This document shows, piece after piece, positions 39,162-47,734 of a stretch of DNA of 64,000 bases (its first letter is position 1; each line of letters opens with the position of its first letter). Made by a program: the position numbers and the translations under genes. A model generated the notes under the pieces. That model made no database searches. It had not been told where the DNA came from and saw only the letters and a program-made list of their open reading frames with translations. Source of the DNA: Planctomycetota bacterium (GTDB lineage: Bacteria; Planctomycetota; Phycisphaerae; WQYP01); contig JAJYZF010000010.1 of assembly GCA_021800165.1 (NCBI GenBank), positions 2,194-66,193 on the forward strand, in the 5' to 3' direction.

Positions 39162-40283
39162 TTACCGGCCATAAGGGGATATGTTGACGTTGCCGAACTC
39201 TGAGACGTTTACCGCTTCCGCATGGCCATCACAGAACGATACATTGATGTGGTCGCCATGGCGGTCCATGGTATTTTGCGGTTGCTGGGGGCTGGCGTTG
39301 ATATTGGAGGGCATCAGATTCCCGGCAATGGGAATGCGATCGCGCAGCCACGGCGTCAGGGCGACACCTTCCAGGGTATTGATGGTATTGGTGGGAAAGC
39401 TGCCGGGAATGCCGGCGTACACGTCATAGTTGGTGGTGTAATACAGGCCGTCGTTATAATTCAGCGCTGCTCCAGGTACGGCTTCCGGCTGCGTGGGCCG
39501 GGTACCGCAGTCGGCGAAAAGCAACGTGGTGCTGGGCGATAGAACCCGCGCGAGCCTGCACCCCAGCGGCTGACCTCCGCCGACACCAGCCGGGCCATTG
39601 GCCACGTCCATGGTGGAGCCTTGGTTGAAGTCGTTGCCGTTTTTGGGATCAACAATGGAGCAGATATCCGCATTGACGCCGTAGGATACGGGGTAGTAGC
39701 TGAACGTTCCATCTCCGGGGTTTCCGGGGGGCGTGGACGACGGGTTGAGGACATTGTTAATGAGTGCGTAGCCCGGCCACGTGTCGTTTAAGGTGGGGTC
39801 ACTGGGGCACAAAAACACCTTGGGGTAGGTTCCGGGGGCGTAGTAACTACCGGGATTACCGCTGGTGGCCATACCTACGAAGTTCTGGTTGCCGCTACCA
39901 CCCATGTAAGGGATTAACGCGCTGGCCCAATCCAGAAGATCCGTTCCCGACGAGGTTGAGCGATAAGCGAAAAGCTGGTGGCTGGGATCTACGTAGGCTG
40001 TAACGACATTGGTGTCGGTATCCGGCTGAAAAAGGCCCTGATGGTCTTGGGTGAATTCGATGGCACCCAGAGCCATTTGCCGAACGTTGGAAAGGCACAG
40101 GACCGAATCCGCCTCCTGCCGGGCCGCCGCCAAAGCGGGCAGCAATAGCGCGATGAGAATGGCGATGATGGAAATCACCACCAATAACTCAATAAGCGTA
40201 AAGCCGCTCTTCGCATGCATCCGTGAATCTCTGCCCAAGGGTGAGATCCGACCCGAAGAACAATGGCTGGTAATCATGATCAA
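39162..40283 (-). CDS. DUF1559 prepilin-type protein
   Basis: [30 protein letters not shown]-terminal H-X9-DG ([13 protein letters not shown]). Confidence 0.92.
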   Translation of the reverse strand: MIMITSHCSSGRISPLGRDSRMHAKSGFTLIELLVVISIIAILIALLLPALAAARQEADSVLCLSNVRQMALGAIEFTQDHQGLFQPDTDTNVVTAYVDPSHQLFAYRSTSSGTDLLDWASALIPYMGGSGNQNFVGMATSGNPGSYYAPGTYPKVFLCPSDPTLNDTWPGYALINNVLNPSSTPPGNPGDGTFSYYPVSYGVNADICSIVDPKNGNDFNQGSTMDVANGPAGVGGGQPLGCRLARVLSPSTTLLFADCGTRPTQPEAVPGAALNYNDGLYYTTNYDVYAGIPGSFPTNTINTLEGVALTPWLRDRIPIAGNLMPSNINASPQQPQNTMDRHGDHINVSFCDGHAEAVNVSEFGNVNISPYGR

Positions 40284-40323
40284 GACTCCTTGAAAGAGCA
40301 GACCTAAGCCGGAGCGACAAACT

Positions 40324-40352
40324 CAGTTTAACCGGTTAAACTGGTTTGTCAA
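40324..40352 (-). promoter_or_regulatory. LacI-type operator overlapping the DUF1559 promoter
   Basis: Perfect 20-bp palindrome CAGTTTAACCGGTTAAACTG within TTGACA-N16-TAAACT. Confidence 0.8.
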
Positions 40353-40450
40353 GCACTGCCAAGTCTTAGTTTCCATCTTGTACACTCCAAGTCCTTTCCA
40401 AGGCGAAAGTGCCATTTATTTCATCCGTTGGCGACGATATGCGCCGCCAT

Positions 40451-43400
40451 TTAACGCCACTGCCCCGCCCCTCGGCGGCGCTTGAGCAGCAGTGGTAATC
40501 CGCCAAGCAACAGCCACGCGGCCGACGGCTCTGGTGTTGGCGTGGTCTGTGCTGAGAGCAACTTGTCGGTGGAGAAGGTCAGCATTGCCGCGGACGAGAT
40601 ACCGCTGCCGAAATATTGATCGTAGAGGGCCTGATACGCCGCCATGGTGGCGCTATTTGCACCAACTTGCTGGAGCTTCTGGCCGAAAGGAATGAGATCC
40701 TGCGGCGTAATAACCCCCGTGCCCAGAAAATCCGCCGCCGGATTAAATTCCGTGTTGTTGCTGGCGAGCAACTGGGCCATGGTTTGAACATCAGCCACAT
40801 TGTATTGGCCGTCGAAATTCAAATCACCCAGCCCCGCACCAAAAATGGTGGAGGTATACAGACCGGCAAACCGTTGGATGTTGTAGGTGCCATCCGGCTT
40901 GAATGTCACGACGGTGGCGACATGGTTGCCGCTGGTAAGGCCGTTGGCATTGATGGTCCACAAATTGGTGTCCATCTGGTTGGCCTGCGTGGAACTGTTG
41001 AGCAGGGAGAGAATCTGACTGGCGGTATCCGCGGCGGGCAGATCAAAGAGTACGTTGATGTTGTTAGCCAGGCCGTCCACATTTTCCACCGTCAGGGTGC
41101 GGTTTTGGTTGATACCGGGCACAGTGGCGTTAAAGCTCATAATGGCCGATACCGACGGGGCGGTATCCACATAAATGGTTTGGGTCCAGTCGGTGTACAC
41201 GGGTGGAGCGCCAGGCGTATGGCGTGTGCGGAAAGCGATCACGGTGAGGTAATGATAACCTTGCGAGAGATCACTGGTATTGATGGTTTCGGTATAAAGG
41301 CCGGTACCCGGCGCGGTTCCATTTTGCGGGGCCAACGGACTGCCGGTTTGAAAGGGGAGGAAACCGTAGGCGATGGTGTTTGGCTCAGTGCTGACAAACT
41401 GCTGGCCATTGACCAGTGTGCCACCGTCTATTTTGAAAATGGCGCTGTCGCCGCCGGCGTTGTAGTCAAATAAATTCTGCTGACCCAGCAGATAGACTTT
41501 TTGGGTTTGCAGTTGAATCTGAAATTGCGGACCTTTAACAACCGCCACGTTGCTGATGACATCCTGCCCATTGGCTTGGGGCAAGTTGGGCGTGCTGGTG
41601 GTGGGGGTGGTACCCGCGATTTGGCCGGCGACATTCGTAATCGTCAGCGTGCCCTCAGGTGTCGCCGGGCCGTAGATCAGGTCGCCGCCGCCGGTGCTGT
41701 TGTTGTAGCCGTTGTTGGGGAAGGTGACGTTGACCACGCCGTTGGAATAAACCTGCAGTACCTGCGGCAGGCCCTGGGCCGCGGCGTTGCCGGTAAGCTC
41801 CACCAGGTAGGGTACGTTGTAGGAGTTGAAATTCGTCTGAATGCTGGCCGTGCCGGAGATACCGCCGGTTTGGTTGTTCAGCAGCACCAGGGCGGAATCA
41901 TTGCGTTCAAACGCCAAGTTATTTTGAGTGATATAGCGTTGGATGTAGCCGCCGCTGGAATAACGGTTGCGGATGTCCACCAGGCCGCTGATCTCGTTGG
42001 TGTGGGTAACGCTCATGGTTTGAGTGGGGGCATTATACGTGCTTATGGAATTATTGGCCATGGTGTTGCCGTACACGCCGCCCAGTGCGTCGCCGCGGCC
42101 ATTTTGCGGGAAGGTCTGGTTGCCGGTGTCATAAGGGGTGAGGTTGCCGTTGTAATAGACCAAGGCTTGGCCGGGCATCATCAGGGTATAAGCGGCGGCC
42201 ACATTGGCCAGATAAGGGGCACCGTTGTCCTGGCTTTGCACGAATCGCACGCCGGTGTTACCTGTATGGTTGGGGTCCAGCCCGTCGCTGACGTTGTACC
42301 AACTGTTGGTAAACCCGTTGCCGGTGAGGTTTTGTTGCAGGGAGAAAAACAAAGGAAAGTCCAGAGCGTCCAGGTTGGGCTGCACGGTGCCGATGTTGCC
42401 GGCGGGAGCGCCGTCCGGGTTCATGGGACTTTTCTGGATCACCGGAAAAACGTTGGCGGGATTGCCGTCATAATATTCCTGGAACGAAAAAATGGTTTCC
42501 TGCACGCCATTGAGGTAGGTCCGCGGCGAGGCCCGGTAAACGGCCTGATTGAAATAAGGCAGGGCGGTTTGCCATTCCATATTTTTGGTAGCATCAAGCC
42601 GGAAGCCATCAACCCCCAGCGTTTGCACAAACCACTGAATATTGCGCATCTCGTAGCCGGTGACATTTTCCGCGGTGGGCGAACCAGCCATCGGATTGGA
42701 AGGCGTAAAGGAATTGACCTGAATATTGCCCTGGCCGGTTTGCGGGTTGTAAATAAAAATCGGTTGGCTGTTGGGGTTGGGGTAAAACTGCTGGTTCACC
42801 GGCATGGGCACATTGGCCAGGCGGCCAAAGGCCGGGGTGGTTCCGCCGGGGATGTTGGCGGGATCGCCCGCGGTGGTGGGGCTGCGGATATATTGATAAT
42901 CGGTGTTGAAATTCACATTGACAAGGCCGGCCAGCCGGGCTTCTTCCACATTCTGGGCATACGCGCCGTTAAAATCGCCGTCTATATTGGCCGGCGCGCC
43001 GGGGTTCAGATAGGAATTGCCCGGATAAGAGGTGACAAAACCCGGGTATCCTCCGGCGTTGACAAACGAATTGCCGTTGCCATCGACCGAGGCGGAATTG
43101 GAAAAGCCATTGTGGCCCATGGAATAATCGACGTAAATATATCCACCCATTTCGTGGGTGGCGGCAATAAGCTGCTCATATCCGGAAAGCGTGCCGTAGG
43201 CGGTTGGGTCACCGGGGCTGCCCAAGTCGAAACGGTTATAAATGTCATAGCCCACCGAACCGTTGCCGCTGTCCGCCCGGGTGGGAGGCGGGGTGAGAAT
43301 AGCCCCGTAACCGGCCCCGAAAATATCGGGCATGCGGGCGGTAAGCGCGGTCCAGGGCATACCGAAGGCATCGAGAATGGTCGGCGGTGAATACGGCGTT

Positions 43401-43543
43401 CCGAAAACCTGCGCGGCGGCGGGGCGGCACAGGCTGATGACCGCGGCACCCGCTATCCCGCAGGCCACCACGCGGCAGGCCCGCAGAATCAGGTTTCGGC
43501 GTTGCCGGGTGGAGCCAGAAAAGTTTTTTTTCCTCGGTTCCAT
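40451..43543 (-). CDS. Secreted GH13 alpha-amylase-like protein with dockerin-like motif and PEP-CTERM
   Basis: SVGYDIYNRFDLG, DGFRLDATK, FQEYYD, FVQSQD; GDLNFDG; TPEPS-TM-KRRR. Confidence 0.85.
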   Translation of the reverse strand: MEPRKKNFSGSTRQRRNLILRACRVVACGIAGAAVISLCRPAAAQVFGTPYSPPTILDAFGMPWTALTARMPDIFGAGYGAILTPPPTRADSGNGSVGYDIYNRFDLGSPGDPTAYGTLSGYEQLIAATHEMGGYIYVDYSMGHNGFSNSASVDGNGNSFVNAGGYPGFVTSYPGNSYLNPGAPANIDGDFNGAYAQNVEEARLAGLVNVNFNTDYQYIRSPTTAGDPANIPGGTTPAFGRLANVPMPVNQQFYPNPNSQPIFIYNPQTGQGNIQVNSFTPSNPMAGSPTAENVTGYEMRNIQWFVQTLGVDGFRLDATKNMEWQTALPYFNQAVYRASPRTYLNGVQETIFSFQEYYDGNPANVFPVIQKSPMNPDGAPAGNIGTVQPNLDALDFPLFFSLQQNLTGNGFTNSWYNVSDGLDPNHTGNTGVRFVQSQDNGAPYLANVAAAYTLMMPGQALVYYNGNLTPYDTGNQTFPQNGRGDALGGVYGNTMANNSISTYNAPTQTMSVTHTNEISGLVDIRNRYSSGGYIQRYITQNNLAFERNDSALVLLNNQTGGISGTASIQTNFNSYNVPYLVELTGNAAAQGLPQVLQVYSNGVVNVTFPNNGYNNSTGGGDLIYGPATPEGTLTITNVAGQIAGTTPTTSTPNLPQANGQDVISNVAVVKGPQFQIQLQTQKVYLLGQQNLFDYNAGGDSAIFKIDGGTLVNGQQFVSTEPNTIAYGFLPFQTGSPLAPQNGTAPGTGLYTETINTSDLSQGYHYLTVIAFRTRHTPGAPPVYTDWTQTIYVDTAPSVSAIMSFNATVPGINQNRTLTVENVDGLANNINVLFDLPAADTASQILSLLNSSTQANQMDTNLWTINANGLTSGNHVATVVTFKPDGTYNIQRFAGLYTSTIFGAGLGDLNFDGQYNVADVQTMAQLLASNNTEFNPAADFLGTGVITPQDLIPFGQKLQQVGANSATMAAYQALYDQYFGSGISSAAMLTFSTDKLLSAQTTPTPEPSAAWLLLGGLPLLLKRRRGAGQWR

Positions 43544-43608
43544 GGTGTTATTCCTTTTTAGCTCAGGGCCTCGGCCAGATTATTTTGCCGACGCGCTGGC
43601 GCTGAAGT

Positions 43609-44598
43609 TTACACGTCTTGAATACTGCTGCGGTCGATTGGCGCCGCCCGGGCTGCCGATCTGCGCCGCGGTATCAGGGCCAAGAGCAGCAGTGAACTTA
43701 AAAGCAGCGCGGCCGGAGCGGGTTCCGGTGTGGCGGTCACTTCCAGATTATTAAAATAGGCATACTGGGAGGCCAGCCCCAAGTTGTCGTTGTATAAAAA
43801 CATCTGGTTTACGGGCAAATCGGTCAGGGTGAGATTGTTAAATGTTTCCGCCGCCGACGGGTCCGCCAAAGGTGTAATGGTGAGATTAAAAGATGTTGAT
43901 GACTCGAGTGTAAAGGCCACCGTGATGCCATTGCCGTTGTTGGGCGTGGCAACGCCGGTGTGCGCGGAGGCAATTCCGGTAAGCTCCGAATGGGCAAACC
44001 CGGTGGTGGGCGAGGTGTAACCGCCGTAACTGATGGCGTAATAATTGCCCGAACCCGCGGCGGCTATCTGAAATAAAGGCGTGCCGTAGGTGGTGGTGGA
44101 GTTGTAGTTTTGAATCTGAAAACCTTCCTGGCCGGGATTGCTCATGTAGCCTGTGGCCATGCTTAGTTGCAGGGTCTGGCCGACTTGCAACGGATTATTG
44201 AGATCACGGTAGGCACCGGGGGCGGCTGGATCGCTGCTGGTGCCGTTGTCGGCCCCCATACTCCAGGATACGCCATTAGTATCAATATTCGGCGTAGCGT
44301 AAGTGCCAAAAACTGTTGATGCGGTTGCGGTGGTAAACCCCCACGTGGCCGTTTGGTCCACGCCTGAACCACTCGGCCCCTGAAACCATTGGCTAAATCC
44401 GGTGCCGCCATTGCTGGTGCCGGACCACGTGCCGCCCGAATAAGCGGAATTGGCGGCGTTATCAGAGGCCAGGATCACAGCACGTACCGCCGCACTGTGA
44501 CCCATGGCCCAGCCGATCATGCCCGCGACAGCCGCACTCGCTACCCGGCGGGCACGCGGCGAACGTGAATCAAAAAAGCTTTTCAAAACGGTGCTCAT
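43609..44598 (-). CDS. PEP-CTERM surface protein
   Basis: Signal peptide, ASDNAAN..NGGTGFSQW, TPEPA-TM-RRR; paralog of 44682..45572. Confidence 0.85.
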   Translation of the reverse strand: MSTVLKSFFDSRSPRARRVASAAVAGMIGWAMGHSAAVRAVILASDNAANSAYSGGTWSGTSNGGTGFSQWFQGPSGSGVDQTATWGFTTATASTVFGTYATPNIDTNGVSWSMGADNGTSSDPAAPGAYRDLNNPLQVGQTLQLSMATGYMSNPGQEGFQIQNYNSTTTYGTPLFQIAAAGSGNYYAISYGGYTSPTTGFAHSELTGIASAHTGVATPNNGNGITVAFTLESSTSFNLTITPLADPSAAETFNNLTLTDLPVNQMFLYNDNLGLASQYAYFNNLEVTATPEPAPAALLLSSLLLLALIPRRRSAARAAPIDRSSIQDV

Positions 44599-44618
44599 AA
44601 TTGCATCTCCAAAACTCC

Positions 44619-44669
44619 GTAGAAGCGTTGCCGGGGTCTGAACCGCCGACCCCGGCAACGCACTTCTAC
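44619..44669. other. Strong intergenic stem-loop
   Basis: CGTTGCCGGGGTC-9 nt-GACCCCGGCAACG extended by GTAGAAG/CTTCTAC. Confidence 0.75.
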
Positions 44670-44681
44670 CACTAAAAACAT

Positions 44682-45572
44682 TTAGGCCGTCTTACGACGT
44701 CCCACCAGTAACAAGGCTAATCCGCCAATAGCCATCAGACCCAGCGATGCGGGCTCGGGAACCGCGCTGATGGAGAGGCTGTTGAAGTAGCCGTTACCCG
44801 AGGTGTTTTGATCAAACAACTCAATCTGATTTAGCTGACCGCCCGGCAGCGTGCCGTTGGTAATCACGCTTACCGTGGTGCCGCCCACCGGCGTTACGGA
44901 AAGATCATAGGTGGAGGCGGTAACCAGCGTGAAATCCACAGTCATGCCTTTGCCGATGTAGCTGCTAAACCCCAAACTGACCGGCGACTCGTATTCCTTA
45001 CCGCTGTTGCTGCCGTCAATGATGCTCATATTGTCGTAGCCAGCGGTGGCGTCGTATTCGAAGGTGAACTGGTCGATGGGGGCGCTGGATTGCAGCGAAA
45101 AACCGATAGAGGCACCCGTTTCCGGAGAGTTGCCACCGGCACCATCCGATTCCATAGCGATGCTCAATGTTTGGCCGGCATCCAGCTTGCCGCCGGAGAG
45201 ACCGCCAGCCGTCAGGAACGGCCGGGTGAGATCTACCGAGGGGATCACCGCAGGCGGCCCAGCCTGTGGGGTATTTGCATAGACGCCCCAACTGTTCTTG
45301 TTGGTGCTGATGGGCTTGCTGCTGGTATCAAGGTAGGTATCCACATACGGCGGATTGTTGCTGTTAGTAATGGTGACCTGCCACGGCCCAAAGCCGGTAC
45401 CGCCATTGGTGTTGCCAGTGGTGCCCACAGCTCCGGTGTAGCTACTGGCGTTGTCGGATGCGACCATCGCGGCGCTGGTGGACTGGGCAAAACAGCCTGC
45501 TGCCACCACTGCGGCGGTCAATCCCACAAGGATTGACAAAGATCGACGATTGGGAAGAACTTGAAGAACCAT
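44682..45572 (-). CDS. PEP-CTERM surface protein
   Basis: Signal peptide, ASDNASSY..NGGTGFGPW, VPEPASLGL..RRK; AGGAGG RBS. Confidence 0.9.
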   Translation of the reverse strand: MVLQVLPNRRSLSILVGLTAAVVAAGCFAQSTSAAMVASDNASSYTGAVGTTGNTNGGTGFGPWQVTITNSNNPPYVDTYLDTSSKPISTNKNSWGVYANTPQAGPPAVIPSVDLTRPFLTAGGLSGGKLDAGQTLSIAMESDGAGGNSPETGASIGFSLQSSAPIDQFTFEYDATAGYDNMSIIDGSNSGKEYESPVSLGFSSYIGKGMTVDFTLVTASTYDLSVTPVGGTTVSVITNGTLPGGQLNQIELFDQNTSGNGYFNSLSISAVPEPASLGLMAIGGLALLLVGRRKTA

Positions 45573-45643
45573 GATAGAACCTCCTAAAAAGGAACACTAA
45601 AAAACCTAAACTATCAAAAACCCTTTGGTACCCATTGAACCCA

Positions 45644-45672
45644 AGTTTAACCGGTTAAACCACTCTTGTCAA
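45644..45672 (-). promoter_or_regulatory. LacI-type operator/promoter of the PEP-CTERM operon
   Basis: GTTTAACCGGTTAAAC palindrome within TTGACA-N17-TAAACT. Confidence 0.8.
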
Positions 45673-45893
45673 GTGCTACTTCATCTGTCGCCCATATTGC
45701 GCCTCCATTTCGTTTTTTCTCTAGTACATCCGTTGCATACTCTAACCCGCCGGCACACGCCGACTAAAAGGCTTCCATTCATAATTGCGGCGACCACGCG
45801 CTTACCGCATACGTGCATCTGCAACAACGATTGAAGGAACGACTGCGCGCCATGATTTAAGGTCCATCAAAGGTTCATTCTGCCGCTGTTCAT

Positions 45894-45923
45894 TAGTTTA
45901 ACCGATTAAACTACCTCTGTCAA
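45894..45923 (-). promoter_or_regulatory. Third operator/promoter copy
   Basis: TAGTTTAACCGATTAAACTA (1 mismatch) within TTGACA-N17-TAAACT. Confidence 0.75.
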
Positions 45924-46488
45924 GCCCCGGCATTTTTTTTCTCCGATTCCTCACTAAGGGAGATACCATCCGTGGAGCTAAACTACATGTACCGGCGGGC
46001 AATTGGTCGGCAATACGCCGAAGCCCATTGTTGGCCGCAGCCATACTCAACTGGATACTCTAGCAAGTGGTTCTGCTTAAGTCAAACAAAATCTTTTAAA
46101 AAATTCCTCCCTTGGCGAGCCAACTTTTTTGTGATGGGCGGAACACCAAGTCAAGGCAATTGCCACGGTGTACCGGCTCATCCAGGTCGGCTGCGACCAA
46201 CTGCGCCACGCCCCAATTGCCCACCATGCTCCGCAAGCCGACCAGCCCATCGCCTAAGGCTCTATTATAGGAAAGCTGCCGCGTCATCGGCTTTGCCGTA
46301 CTCTTCAAGCCTGATTTAAGCACCAAAACGCCGGTTTTCGCGTTATCGGACGTTGCTTATGCTACGTCATCGTGGCTGTACACGGCTGAATCTCTCATGA
46401 ATCGCCAAAATAATGCCAATGGAATCGCTCACAACTACGCTTTAGAAGCGTTGCCCCAGCCCAGTTGGCTTTAAATTTCTTCTCTCGC

Positions 46489-46517
46489 TTGACACTGTTA
46501 AACGACATTGGTAAACT
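46489..46517 (+). promoter_or_regulatory. Promoter of the LacI gene
   Basis: TTGACA-N17-TAAACT; overlaps a TGTTAAA...TTTAACA inverted repeat. Confidence 0.6.
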
Positions 46518-46565
46518 GTTTTAACAACGGCTGGAAAATCGAGCCTGATTTGGAGATAAAACGCC

Positions 46566-47717
46566 GTGCCGACCCGATCGCTGAATTCCTCTCCGGAAAG
46601 TGTACCTGCGGATGTTTTTGCGCCTAGTCGCGAGGCTTCCAAGGAAATAACCGTGCGTTTTAGTAACGCGGGGGGGGAGGAAAAGGCCCCGGAGAAAGTC
46701 AATATTCGCGAGGTGGCCCGGCAAGCGGGAGTATCCGTGGCTACGGTGTCGATGGTGCTCAATGCCAGCCCGCGCATCAGCCGGTCCACGCATATTAAAG
46801 TCCAGAGGATGATCGACAAAATGGGCTACCGGCCCAATCGGCTGGCCCAAAGTCTTTCCGGGAGGTACACCCAAGTGGTTGCCGTCATGCTGCCCCCGCT
46901 TAGGCACGCGTTTGCCGATGCGTACTTTGGGGAGATACTCAGTGGAATTGCGGATCGGGCGGGTAAGCTCGGGCATAAATTACTCATCGAGCAGGCCAAG
47001 CCACAGTTTGTCAAAGAGGGAAAGCATCTGGAATTGTATGAACGCCGATTTGTGGATGGCGTGCTTTGCCTGGGTTTTAATGAAAAACACAGTTTTTTGT
47101 CAGACTTCGCGGCGCGGCGCTATCCGATGATTCTGGTGGACAACCGCTTTGGCGATAACCTGCTGGATTATGTGCACTGTGATTATCGCCTTGGTGCCCA
47201 GCAGGCTATGAACTGTCTGCTGCAGCTTGGGCATCGCAACATCGGCATGGTTTACGCAGCGCCGGAAAGCCCCACCGCCCGGGATGTCGTGGAGACGTAT
47301 ACCGCCAGATTGGTGGAGGCGGGAATAAGCCCGTCGGAAAAATGGCTGGTGGATGGTTGTTTCACCGATGAGGGCGGGGCGGAAGCGGCACGCGTTCTGC
47401 TGACCCGCGATCCGGAAATCTCGGCACTGTTGTGCGGTAACGATAAAATGGCTCTGGGTGCCATCCGGTATCTGACCACCCATGGACACCGGGTGCCCGA
47501 TGATGTTTCGGTGGTCGGGTTTGATGATATTCAGCATCTGGCCTACGCCAACCCCAGCCTGACTACCGTCCATTTGCCGTTGTACGAACTGGGTGTTTTA
47601 GCCTGTGAAAAATTGGTGGAGCGTATTCGCGGCAAGGTGGAACATGTCGCGGAGGTGTTGCCCACCCACTTGGTGTTGCGGGAATCCACCGGCATGATGC
47701 GGACCCTGCGCAGTTAA
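46566..47717 (+). CDS. LacI family transcriptional regulator
   Basis: NIREVARQAGVSVATVSMVLN, GYRPNRLAQSL, VPDDVSVVGFDD, SLTTV, LVLREST. Confidence 0.95.
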   Translation: MPTRSLNSSPESVPADVFAPSREASKEITVRFSNAGGEEKAPEKVNIREVARQAGVSVATVSMVLNASPRISRSTHIKVQRMIDKMGYRPNRLAQSLSGRYTQVVAVMLPPLRHAFADAYFGEILSGIADRAGKLGHKLLIEQAKPQFVKEGKHLELYERRFVDGVLCLGFNEKHSFLSDFAARRYPMILVDNRFGDNLLDYVHCDYRLGAQQAMNCLLQLGHRNIGMVYAAPESPTARDVVETYTARLVEAGISPSEKWLVDGCFTDEGGAEAARVLLTRDPEISALLCGNDKMALGAIRYLTTHGHRVPDDVSVVGFDDIQHLAYANPSLTTVHLPLYELGVLACEKLVERIRGKVEHVAEVLPTHLVLRESTGMMRTLRS

Positions 47718-47734
47718 TCCAGCCGGCTTAAGCG

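Noticed and set aside
41501..43390. 629-aa plus-strand ORF (similarly 34911-35981, 48605-49825, 52459-53685)
   Set aside because: Antisense shadows of well-supported genes, common in GC-rich DNA
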